From Prasinococcaceae sp. CCMP 1430 (lineage: Eukaryota; Plantae; Prasinodermophyta), in NCBI GenBank assembly GCA_013416795.1, contig RQSC01000236.1, forward strand, positions 1-43,864: a DNA stretch of 43,864 nucleotides, in the 5' to 3' direction. The position numbers were made by a program, and so were the translations under genes. Below the pieces are notes generated by a model. It did no database searches and was not told the DNA's origin. It worked only from the letters and a program-made list of their open reading frames with translations. Shown piece after piece: positions 30,906 through 42,500 of the stretch (within the stretch, counting starts at the first letter, position 1; the number at the start of each line of letters is the position of its first letter).

Positions 30906-33313
30906 CTAGTGCGCGCGCGCGCGCCTGCGCGCCACGCGGGCGCGCTGGATCGCGCGCACGTGGCCCTCCGCCATGCACGACGAGAGCACGCCGCGAGCCT
31001 TGGCCATCACCTCGAGCGACCTGTTCGCGTGCTGTTTCCACGTCTCGAGGGCCGGGTCTTCGCGCACGAGCGCTTCCAGGCGCCCCTCGTCGTCCACGCG
31101 GCCGAACTCGCCACTCACCGCGGTGTACAACTCTGCTGTGAGGTCTTCCTCCACGCGCCCGAGCATGGCGTAGACCACTGCCTTGGGCACGGTGGCAACC
31201 AGGCTCGCAAAGACCTCCTCGCAGTACTCGGACGCCGCCTGGCCCATTTCAAGGAGGAAGCGCTCGTGGTCGGCGGCGGTGCGGGCCTTTGAAACCTCGG
31301 CGTCCTCCGCATCCGTCGCGCTATCGGCACGTGCGCGCTGCGCCGCGGCCACCGCCTCGGCTGCTTCCGCTTCCGCTTCCGCCACTTCTCTCTCGGTGTC
31401 GCTGTCGCCCTTGTCCTCGCTCGCGCCCGTGCTGGTCTCCTTCGGTGGTGGCGGCGAGGGCTCGGGAGGCGGCACCGCTGGCTGCGACGGGCTGGGTGGC
31501 ACGTACGCGATGGCTTCTGACGGCGGCTGGGTGGCGGCTCGCAGCCTCGCGAGCCACTCGTACTTCTTCTCGATGGATGGCGCGCGCAGCATGAGCCACT
31601 CGTGGTCCTTGACGATCGGCCGCCCGCGCTCCTTGGAGGCCACGCGGAAGACGGCCGTGGGCTCGGTGTTGCCCTTGGCGAGCATGTCCTGCGGGCGAGT
31701 GCGCTGCATGTCGATGACGCCGCGCGCCGTTCTGTCCTCCGGATTCTTGTAGTAGGACAGGCGGCACTTGGCTTCGTTCAGCACGAACCAACGCTTGTCC
31801 CAGTGCGCGCCGCCGTCCGAGCGCTTCTCCAGATATCCCATGAGGAAGTTGCGGCTGTCGTTGGCGGAAAGGGACCCGAGGGTCTCCAGGTCGCCTGACG
31901 AATCGAATAGTCCGTCGTCGCGCCCGCCTGTACTGGGGGTACCCGGTGCCGCTGACGGCGGCGTGGGGGTGGCCGGTGCCTCTGCCGCGGCTTGTTCGGC
32001 GGCCTCCTTTGCTTCGCGTTCGCGCTTCTTGTTTCGCTGCTGCTCCGCGAGACGGTGGGCGCGCTCCTGCGCAGCGCGCGCAGCCTCGATGCGAGCCTGA
32101 TGCTCGGCGCGCAGGCGACGCTGGCGCTCCTCCTCCGCCGCGCGCTCTTGCGCGCGCAGGCGCTCCTGGAAGAAGTGCGGGGTGGGATAAACCTGCTCCA
32201 TCCGCACCATGGCCTCGGCCATTTCCAATGCGTCGTCCCTCCACTTCGAGGCGGCGACTTCAGTGGCCTCGCCAAGCAACGCATACAGAGCCGGCCGGCG
32301 GCGCGCGGCTGCCGAATGCTGTGCGATGGCACGGGAGCCTTCGAGCAACGCAGCGTGCGCCGCCCACGCACACTCTCTTGCAGGCTCGAGCACCTGGCCT
32401 ATCGCATGCTCGACCATGCGGCGAAGGCCCGCTTCGGGCGCAACCAGATGCGGCTGCGTGCCATCCGCACTCACGCACATTGTCTTGACAGCACCCGGCG
32501 CAAAGAGCACCTCCATAGGGGTCGCATTCACCGCCTCATCGAGGCGCTGCTCAAAGGCTTCGACAATCTTGGCGCCCTGGCGAGCGCCGTCGTGGAGCCC
32601 CGCCGAGAGCATCGAGGCGTACGCGCGGCACGCCTGCGCCGCGACAGCCTGCGGGGGCAGGCGGATACCACTGGAACTGCTGGCGTCGGCAGCGCTCCCC
32701 GTCCCCTGGCTCGGCACCTGCGCGCCAGCCTCAGCGCTCCGCGCGGCGGCGGCGCCAGAGCTCAGGCCTTGCTGCAAAGCCTCAGGGATGCCGCCTCCCA
32801 TCTGTTCGAGCTCCTCGAGTTGCTCCCGGATCTCGGTCTCGCGCTCAGTGAGCACAGCCTGCAGCTCCTCGGCCTGGGTTTGGCTGCGGCGGGGCGCGCG
32901 CAGATAGCCGCTGTGTGACACCGCTGCGCGGCCGTCGAAGCCCGAGCCTGCCGTTCCCATCACGAAGCGCGGCACGAGGGCCTCCAGCGCGGCATCCAGT
33001 CGATGCGATATATCCGTGGCGGCAGCAGCTGATGTTGGGTTCCCGTCAGTGCTCGCAGCGCCAGCGGCGAAGGGGGCAGCGAGCTTCGCTGCCGCCACGG
33101 CCGCCGAGAGCACGTCGCGCTGCGCCGCGTCGAGCTCGTCGAAGTCATCGTCCTCCGCCACTGGCCCCTCTCCGGAAGCCCCTCCCGCACCGCCGGGGCC
33201 ATCGCCACCACCGCCAACAGCCCCCCAACCGCCCTCCGCGCGGCCCGCAGGAGCGCAAGGATGCTTCGGTGCTCAAGCAGATGCAGGTGTTGGCGGAGGT
33301 CGAGGAGCGCGTC
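30906..33313 (-). CDS. DRP2-like: DRP2-like dynamin (middle domain + PH + GED), GTPase domain not visible, 5' truncated
   Basis: APEAGLRRMVEHAI..EPARECA (middle), GYLEKRS...WDKRWFVLNEAKCRLSYY (PH), VPKAVVYAML...EDP (GED). Cut by N at 33314. Confidence 0.8.
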
Positions 33314-33593
33314 NGGCCGGCGGCTCGCGCGCGGGCCGCTCCGCCACACCGCGTTGCGCGCGCGCGGCACCAGGGGCGGACGGGAGAGAGCGGGCAGCAG
33401 CCGAGAGGGCTGCGTTTGGCCTGGAGCAGCGCCAGCCAGTGGACGTGCCTCTGTGTTGCCTGGCGTTCCGAGCGCTCGCTGGCGCTTCTGTACTCCTGGC
33501 TCCTGCCTCTGGCGTGCCCTCGCAAAGGCGAGAGCGCCGCTGCGTTGTACGCGCTAGTACGACCGCGGTGCCAAGGACGGTTTTGCAAGCGCC

Positions 33594-35787
33594 ATGGCGA
33601 TGGAGGGCTCCCTGATTGCGCTGGTGAACCGCCTGCAGGAGGCGTGCTCCAAGCTTGGGGACCTCGGCGTCGAGTCGGGAGATTTGCCGTCGCTGTATGG
33701 TGCGCAGCTGCGCTCTCGCTCGCCCGTTTGGCCGTCTGAGCGTTCGCTCGTGCTGTGTCCATCGGTGCCCAACACTTGACACCAATCCCCGCCCCGCTGC
33801 TCGCGCTCGTACACTGACGTCACCATTGCCACGCGCGAATGGCCGCAACGCATGGCTTCACTGGCGCGTCACCGTGCCCGTCGCGAAATGCAGACGCGCT
33901 GCCCCAGATTGCAGTCGTTGGTGGGCAGTCCGCGGGCAAGTCGTCCGTGCTCGAGGCTATCGTTGGCAAGGACTTTCTGCCGCGCAATGCTGGCATTTGC
34001 ACGCGCAGGCCGCTTGTCATCAACCTGCAGAAGAGCGAGGGCGAGGAGTTCGGCGAGTTCTCGCACAAGAAGGGCGAGCGTCTCACAAACATGCTGGACG
34101 TGCGCGCAGAGATCGAGGCAGAGACAGAGCGTGCTGTTGGCGCGGGCTCAAAGAACGTCTCGCCGGTGCCCATCTTCCTCACGATCAGGTCACCGAACGT
34201 CGTCAATCTCACGCTGGTCGACTTGCCTGGCCTTACAAAGGTCGCCGTCGAAGGCCAGCCCGAGTCTATCGTACGAGAAATCGACCAGGTGCGCCAGCGC
34301 GTCACCGCGGAAACCATACTGCCGCGCGACGCGGCGGCGCGCGCCTCGCGCGCGCGCGCGCGCGGCTGTTCACCGGCAGGCAGCTGACTTGAACCGTTGC
34401 TGGCGGCCCGGTACTGACGGGGCGATGCCGATCCGCCCTTACCGCGCGGACGCAGATGGTCAGAAAGTACGTGGCGCGTCCCAACTGCGTCATGTTGACC
34501 GTCTCGCCAGCCAATGCCGATTTGGCCAACAGCGATGGGCTGCGCATGGCCAAGGACGTCGACCCCAGTGGCGAACGCACGTTCGGTGTGCTCACCAAGC
34601 TCGACCTCATGGACGAGGGCACGGACGCGCGCGCCATCCTGGACGGCCAGACGTACTCCACGCGCTTTCCCTTCGTGGGCGTGGTGAACCGCTCCCAGAA
34701 GGACATCACCGGCAACATGGACATGAAAAGCGCCCGCCGCAAGGAGAGCGAATACTTTGCGAACAACCCGGCGTACTCGGACATTGCCGACCGCATGGGC
34801 ACTGCGCACCTCGCGAAGGCGCTCAGCCGCCACCTAGGCGAGATCATTAGGGACAAGATCCCTTCCATCAACGCGCTTATCGCACGTTCCATGGAGAAGC
34901 TGCGCACCGAGCTGAGGGTGCTGGGCGAGCCCGTGCCTCTGGACAACCGGGGGGACATGCTGTACCAGGTGCTCGAGCTGGCCCGCTTTTTCGACCGCGA
35001 GTTTGGCAATCGCATCGATCGCGGCGGGGTGGGCGAGCAGCTGTACTTCACGTTTCACACGAAACTGGGCTCGGCGATCGACGCGCTGCCCATCGACCGC
35101 ACGCTCGCGCTGCCGAACGTCGCACGCGTGATCCAGGAGGCGGACGGCTACCAGCCGCACCTCATCGCACCGGAGCAAGGGTACCGGAGGCTCATCGAGC
35201 ACTGCCTCAAGATGCTGAAGGGCCCTGTGGAGAACGCCGTGCACGAAGTACACTCCATTCTGTGCGACGTGGCGCGCAAGGTGTCCAAGTGCGAGGAGCT
35301 GCAGCGTTTCGGCATGCTGCGTGAGGGCATCCTCGCCGCCGCCGACGCGAGCCTCACGCGCTTCCGCGACGAGGCGCGGCGCATCGCCGTGGTGCTCGTC
35401 GAGATGCAGTCGTCGCATCTCACCGCCGAGTTCTTCAGGCGCCTGCCGATGGACCCCGACATGAAGGGGGTCACTGGACAATCAGGCCTCGACGCGCGCA
35501 CGGAGGCTTACCTCAGGCGCATCGCGTCAAACGTCGCCGCGTATTACGAACACGTGGCCGACACCCTCAAGGTGACTGTGCCCAAGGCGATTGTGCACTG
35601 CCAGGTCATGAAGGCAAAGTCGTCCATGCTGGACACTTTCTACGTCGAAGTGGGGCGCAACGAGAAGGAGGGTCTCAGCGAAATGCTGTCCGAGGATCCC
35701 GCCACGGTCGCGCGGCGCGAAGCGCTCTCGACCCGCCTCACGCTACTCAAGACGGCGCAAGAGGACATCAACGCGACGACCATGTGA
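33594..35787 (+). CDS. DRP1: DRP1-like (phragmoplastin-type) dynamin-related GTPase
   Basis: [77 protein letters not shown]. Exons 33594-33699, 33894-34288, 34456-35787. Confidence 0.95.
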
Positions 35788-35853
35788 GCGAGCTTCGTCG
35801 GCCGACGACTGAACGGCGCGCGTAGCTGCGCTGCGGGGGGAAGAGATTGGGCA

Positions 35854-35858
35854 TGTAA
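35854..35858 (+). terminator. TGTAA polyadenylation signal candidate
   Basis: TGTAA ~65 nt after the DRP1 stop. Confidence 0.5.
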
Positions 35859-35902
35859 TGGGTCCCCGCGGTGCCATTTTTATTTATTAAGACGCCCCTC
35901 CA

Positions 35903-37935
35903 CTACGAGAGGCGCGTGGGCACGCCGCTCTCCACGAGGTGCTCCTTCACCTCGTCGATGCCAACCTGTCGCGCGTGCGCGCGCCGGCAAGCGGGTCAGG
36001 TCAGCGTCAAATGTCGCAGGCGCACGAACGCGCCTGCGGCATGCCGCGCTCGCGCGCGCGCACCTCGCGCCGGTGAAAGATTCCCGCAGCCAGCGCAGCT
36101 GAGGCCTTGGTCTTCTCGAACACTTGCGAGAAGTGCTCGGGAGCGCCCGCGCCCGACGAGGCGATCACGGGGATGCTCACCGCACGCGAGATGTCATCCA
36201 CGAAGGCACAGTCGAAGCCCGAGCCGGTCCCGTCCTTGTCGATGAGGTTGAGCAGCACCTCGCCCGCACCCAGCGCCTCGACGGCGCGCGCGAGCTCGTA
36301 CGCGCCCAGCGGCCGTCCCTCTCGCCCGCCCTTGACGGTGCACTGATACCAGCACCACTCCTCGCCGTCCGGGCCGGGCTGCTCGGCGCGCGTGCAGTGG
36401 TGAGGCACGCTCGCCGGGTCCGACACGTAGACGCGTCGCGGGTCCACGCTCACCACGACCGCCTGGGCGCCGTACTTTCGCGAGATCTGCTCAATGGCCG
36501 TGTCCCCCTTCAGCACTTCCCCGTTCGCGTAGTACGCCTCCGCCGCGTCGACCGAGTCGCTGCCGATGGACACCTTGTCGGCACCCGAGCGGAAGTACTC
36601 GGCCGCCACCTCGAGCGCGCTCGAAAATTTGCCCTCCGAGTCGGTGAAGGACTTGATGCCGCCGCCGACCGTGAGCGGCACAAAGATGGACTCCGAGGCG
36701 AGGCGCAGGACGTCCAGCATGGGCATGTCTTCCAGCGGGCAGTCGCGGAAGCCCGTGATGTTCAGAAACGTCACCTCGTCGGCGCCATCGTTGGAGTAGC
36801 GCCCCGCGAGCTCCACGGGCTTGCCCAAGTTGCGCACGGCGCCCGTGTTGGTGAAGCCGTCGGCATCGCCGCCCTCGGCACCGTCGTCCTCTCGGACGTC
36901 GTACTGGTCGCCCTTCGTGACGACCATGTCGCCCGCGTCGTTGGCGCGCACGTCCAGGCAGGCAATGACGCGCTTGGCGAGCTCCGCCGGCGGCTTGGCG
37001 CCGCTGGCGGCGGCCTCGGCCGCCTGCTGCGCGGCGGCGCGGCCGAGGGCCGTCTGCTGTCGCCCCTCGCCGCCGCCCAGGAAGTTGTCGAAGAGCGCGA
37101 GGCCCACGTTGCCGCTCTTCTCCGGGTGGAACTGCGTGGCGTACACGTTGCCGTGCTTGACCGCCGCCACGAAGTCCTCGCCGTAGTTGGTGGTGGCGGC
37201 GATGTACTCGGCGTTGGCGTCGGTGGGCGTGGCGTGGTACGAGTGCGTGTAGTACACGTGGCGCGCGGCCGCGGGGGCGAGCACCGCGTCGCCGGCCGCG
37301 CGCTCCGTGAGGGCGATGCCGTTCCATCCCATGTGCGGCACGGCACCGGGCGTCGCCGCCGGGTCGAAGCGCGTCACCATGCCCGGCACCACGCCGAGGC
37401 CTTCCACGCCGGGGCTCTCCTCGGAGCCCTCGAAGAGCACCTGCATGCCAATGCAGATGCCCAGGAAAGGGCGCTCGCCGCTCGCGACGTACTCCTGCCG
37501 TGCGCGCAGCAGCAGCAGTGCGCGCGGTCCGCGCTCGTGTCAGCTCCGGAGCGACCGCTGGTGCGCCCTCGGTCGCGCTCGCGCCCCCCTCACCACCGCC
37601 TCCGGCTGGGCGGCGCCGCCAATCGCACCTTGAGCGCGTCCGTGTAGCCCTTCTCGGCGAGCACGTCCATCGCGGCGCCGAACGCGCCGACGCCCGGAAA
37701 GACGAGGCGCTCGGCGTTGGCGATGTCCTGCGGCCCCTCGACGTCGCGCACCTCGTACCCCAGCGCCGCGATCGCGTTGCGGATGGAGCGCACGTTGCCC
37801 GCGCCGTAATCGAGCAGCGTGACCGGCGGCGGCGCGCCGGCCGCGCCGCGCGCCGCACCCCGAGCGCCGTGTGGCCCCCCCCTCCCCCCACGCCGACGCC
37901 GCCCCGGCGGCTGCCGCCGCAGGCGCCAGCCACAT
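35903..37935 (-). CDS. HISN4/HIS7: Imidazole glycerol phosphate synthase, fused HisH-HisF
   Basis: LLDYGAGNVRS, FPGVGAFG, FLGICIGMQ (Cys), TQFHPEKSG (His/Glu), LAKRVIACLDVR, DKVSIGSD, ASSGAG, GIFHRRE|VGIDEVKEHL. The ATG exon is 1 nt out of frame at a G-run. Confidence 0.95.
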
Positions 37936-38265
37936 CCGGGACCCGCCTCACCCCAAACCCAAGCCGCGACGCGGGTTAAACCACACCAAAATTCAGTTCT
38001 AAATGGACCCTACCCTATCTATGCTTGCAGAAGCTTCCCCTACGTCGTACGTAGGTCCCAGCCAGTGGATGAGATTCAGACGGGGGGCCGATGCGGCTTG
38101 GGGCGAACCGCCTTTTTTTTTTTTTTGGTTGAAACGCACCCTCGTCAAAACGCACGCGCGCCGCCACGCCTTTTTCGCACGCCTTTCTTTCGTGAGCAGG
38201 GCGTCATCATACAGTACAGAATAAAACACTCGGTGCGCACGGTACATGTACCGTACTACGCTTTC

Positions 38266-38307
38266 GATTTCGATTTAGATGTAGATTTAGATGTAGATTT
38301 AGATTTA
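38266..38307. repeat. GATKTA hexamer microsatellite (7 units)
   Basis: gatttc gattta gatgta gattta gatgta gattta gattta. Confidence 0.8.
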
Positions 38308-38364
38308 TACTCATTTTGTTTTCGATCATCCGACTTGAACGTCGCGCAGCGCAACACATAAATA

Positions 38365-38857
38365 CAGAGGTGAGCTTTAAAATCGTACGCCTCGCCAGGC
38401 GGATTTACGCCCGCCTAAAAATCGTTCCAGCGCGCGCCGCTTCGCCAGGGCGCCCAGTTTTACCCGCGCTACTCATAGAGCATTTTCGCACCCCCGCCGG
38501 TGCAGCGAGGCGCCGACGGCGAGGGGGGGCCAAAAATCAAAAATGCACGCGTAAAATGCGAAATAAAGATTCTGATCTAAATGCCTCGACAGGCGCTCCT
38601 TCGGATCTGGGCGCCGGAAGCGGCCCGGCGATCACTGTACATCAAATGCCATTGAAAAAAAGTCCCGAAACCCGAACAAGGCTAAATTTTGGGCCCCCCT
38701 CGCCGTCGGCGCCTCGCTGCATCGGCGGGGGTGCGGAAAGTTTCTATGAGTAGCCTGGGTAAAACTGGGCGCCCTGGCGAAGCGGCGCGCGCTGGAACGA
38801 TTTTTAGGCGGGCGTAAATTCGCCTGGCGAGGCGTACGATTTTAAAGCTCACCTCTG
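38365..38857. mobile_element. Non-autonomous DNA transposon (MITE), 493 bp, ~172-bp TIRs, TA target-site duplication; Tc1/mariner-like by inference
   Basis: TA|CAGAGGTGAGCTTTAAAATCG...CGATTTTAAAGCTCACCTCTG|TA. Arms ~38365-38536 and ~38686-38857 match as reverse complements with roughly ten differences by eye. No transposase ORF. Confidence 0.88.
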
Positions 38858-38990
38858 TAAATCAAAAAGAAAAAGCCATCCAAGACAATCATGGGGTACG
38901 ACGACGGTCTTCTCCATCAATTGGTGCAACAGTGCCTGGTACGTCGAAAAGGCGCTTCACGAAGTGATGTGTCACCCACCGCTCCGGTCC

Positions 38991-39016
38991 TTTTTTTTTT
39001 TTTTTTTTTTTTTTTT
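38991..39016. repeat. T26 homopolymer (A26 on the minus strand)
   Basis: Direct count of 26 T. Confidence 0.9.
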
Positions 39017-39565
39017 CTCGGCGGGTCGGCGCAGGGTCGTTTGCGGGGTTACGCGACGGCGCGGGCTCCGAGCGGCCATGCCGTGTCGGATCTACGAGGG
39101 GGCCCTGGTGCGCTCACATGGTGAGCTCGTCGAGCAGCCTGCTNGGAGCGGCGGGCGGGCGTGCGGGCGGACGAGCGCGAGGGCAGGCGCTGCCGGGGCC
39201 GATGCGAACGCACGCCGAAGTGGCTGCGAGGGTTTCGGGAGGATGGCGGCCGCCGCTGCACGCGGCGCGCGGCGCGCGGCGGCGCTCACTCGCGCACGAG
39301 CGATCCTGCGCGTTGGCCGGGACGACCGTCGTGACGGACACCGTTCCCGATCCCCTGCGCGCCGCGGGCGCGCGGCGCTCGCCGCCACCCGACGCCCCGC
39401 TGACGCGCACCCTGCTCCGCCGCCGCGTCCCGCGTTTGGGTACGCGCCGCCGACGGCCGCGTTCCCGCGCTGCCCCGCGCCCGCCCATCCCCCTCCCCCT
39501 TCCGCCCGCGCCGAACGCGCCCACATTCCTGCCGAACCCCTGCTTGCGCGCCAACTCGCTCGCAG

Positions 39566-42500
39566 GTGTCCGCTGGCAAGCTGAAGCTGCCCTTGGCGCT
39601 CGTCCTGATGGCCGACATGGGCCGCGGCCAGCGCCCCAAGGAGTGGGGCTGCGCCTGGGCCGGTGGTGCGTCGCGCGATGCTACCTCCGTCGAGGTTCCC
39701 TCCGCGGTCGCCGCGGCGGCGGGGATCACCGACGGTGCCCGCTGTGCCGTGCGCGCGGTCGGATGCCCGCCGGCGCAGTCCGTCGTCGTCGAGCCCGCCT
39801 CGGCAGACGACTGGGAGGTGCTCGAGCAGAACGCCGACTACGTGGAGGGACAGCTGCTGCAGCAGGTTGGCGTCGTCGTCGAGGGGCAGCCCTTCCCCGT
39901 TTGGATTCGCGGGCAGAGCGTGCTCACGCTCAGGCCCGTCAGTGTTGTGCCAGGCCCCATGGCGCAGCTCACCGCCGGATCGGAGGTCGCGATCGCGCCC
40001 AGGACCAGGCAGCAGGATGCCAAGGGTGAGTCAGTCCGCGCCTCTGCCCGGAATGCTCTGTGTTGTGGCGCGCGCGCGGCGTGCGGCGTGCAGTGTGTGC
40101 CGTGCGCCAGGATGCGCGCGTTGGCGGATGCGTCCACGGGGTGGGTGCCCGCAAGCACGCGTACCAGCCCGTGCGCTCGTGTGTCCGCGCCTCCTCGCCC
40201 GCGCCCGAGAGTGCCGCACGAACCCCTTCTCCGGCGCCCAGCGAGCCGCGTGACGACATACTTTCGTAGCACCGCCGGTGGCAGCTGCAGCCCTAGTAAG
40301 CGCCCGGCGGGAGGCAGCTGGTGTGCACCCCTCGGGGCGCGCGCCAGCCCATTACGCAGCCCATGATATGTTGTTCTACCCCGATGGCTCGCGCGGAGGA
40401 GGGGCGCACAGGGGAGCCGCCGCGCGTGCACGCGCGCCTCTTGCGCCCTCGTGGCGGCATCGTTCTGACCCAGGAGCGTTGCCACACGCACGCACGTCGC
40501 ACACAGCGGGCAACGATCTTGCCGAGCAGATCAAGGCGATGGGACTCGGCGGTGCCTTCCCCGGCGGCGCGCCCGCCGCCGCGGCGGCGCCCGCCGCGGA
40601 GGCCGCGCCTGCAGCGGAGGAGCCCGCGGCGCCGCGCCCCAAGGAGCGCACGCTGGCCATCCTGCGCGTGCAGGCATCGCCCGCCAAGCTGGCGCACACG
40701 CCCATCGTGGACGACGGCACAGGCCAGCCGACCGCGTACGAGACGGGTCTGAGCACCCTGTGCCTCGTCTCTGCGGAGACCGCCCGCGAAATGCGCGTGC
40801 AGCCCGGGATGGTGGTGCGCCTCACACGCCGCCACGCCGACGCCGACGCGTCGACTCTGGTGTGCATCATCATGGTGGCCCGCCCGGGCCTGTGCGCGCC
40901 GCGCCACGTGCTGCTGTCGCCAGCAGCGCGCTGGGCGCTCTGCGCCGGCGCCGGGGCGCGCGTGAGCGTGTCGGCCCCCCCGAAGGCGCGCTCGCCGCTC
41001 CTGGCGCGCCCCTGCGCGCTGGAGCCGGTCGTGATGCAGAAGCCCAAGCCGCCGCGCAAGGGCCCCACTGGCGCGATGCTGGCCGCGGCTGGCGTGGAGT
41101 CTACGGATGGCAAGCGCACGCCCTTCCAGGCGGTCTTTGCGCGCTGGGTGGCCGCGCAGGCGCGCGCGTCAGGCACCGCGGAGGTGCCAGTGGCCAACGG
41201 CTCGGTCATCCAGATGCGCCCGCAGGGCAGCGCGCCCTTCGCGCGTGGCGAGGCGTACATCGTGAAGTTCGCCGGCGAGGCCGCCGGCGCGTACCAGATG
41301 GTCGACCCCAAGAAGCTCGCTTCGCGCGAGCACTGCCCAAACCTGACCCTCGGCGAGATGGCCGTGCGCCCATTGGCGGACGACGAGGCAGTGCTCGCAG
41401 GCGCGCCGCTGCTCACGCAGCTGCCATGGCTGCGGCCCATGGCCGACGAGGTGATGGGCGCGATTCGCCCGCTTCTGGCTGCCGGTCCCGCCGCGCGTGC
41501 GGGTGCCATCATTCACGGCGCGAGCGGCAGTGGAAAGTCGCCGCTCGCGCTGGCCATCGCGCGCGTGCTGAACGAGCCCGACGCCAAGAGCGCGCTCGCG
41601 CCCGTGCACTGCCACGTGGTCGCGTGCCAGCGGCTGGTCGGCGAGGCGGCGCCCGACATCTGCGAGGTGCTGCTGCAGGTGTGGCGCATCGCCGAGCGCC
41701 ACTCGCCCGCGCTGGTGGTGCTGGATGGCCTCGATCTGCTCCTCCCCGTGAAGGCGCAGGGCGCTGACGGCGACTCGGGGGTGGACGCCGTGGCCGAGCA
41801 CCTCGCTGACCTCATGGACAGCTCGGCGCAAGGGCCCAACGGCATCGCGTGGCTCGCCACCGCCAACGACCCCGAGGGGCTCAACACGCTGGTGCGCGCT
41901 GCGGGGCGCCTCGATGTGATTGTGGGGCTTTGCTCGCCCGAAGAAAGCGCGCGCCGCGATCTCTTCGTTGCGCGCGGTGCCGCGCGCAACCTCAAGATCG
42001 GCGCCGAGGCCGCCAAGGTTGCGGCGGCGGCCACCGACGGCTGTGACGCGGCCGATGTCGAGCTGCTGCTCGAGCGTGCGCTGCACTGCGCCACGGGGCG
42101 ATTCCTGCACTCCAATCGCCAGGCGAACGCGACGGGAGGGGACGCCGGTGGAATGTTCGAGATCACCGCGTCGGATTTCGAGGCGGCCAAGAGCGGCTTC
42201 TCTGCGGCGGCGTTCGCGGGCGCCAAGGGCGGCGGCGCGGGCAAGGTGGACACCGACCTCGGGTGGGACGACATCGGCGGACTGGACGACGTCAAGGACC
42301 AGCTCTGGGAGGTGCTCGAGATGCCGGCTCTGCACGCCGATCTGTTCAAGGGCGCGCCGCTGCGCGCACGCACGGGCGTGCTCCTCTTCGGCCCGCCAGG
42401 CTGCGGCAAAACGCACGTCGCGCGCTGCGCCGCCGCCGCCTGCGGAATGCGTCACATCAGCGTCAAGGGCCCCGAGCTGCTCAACAAGTACATCGGACAG

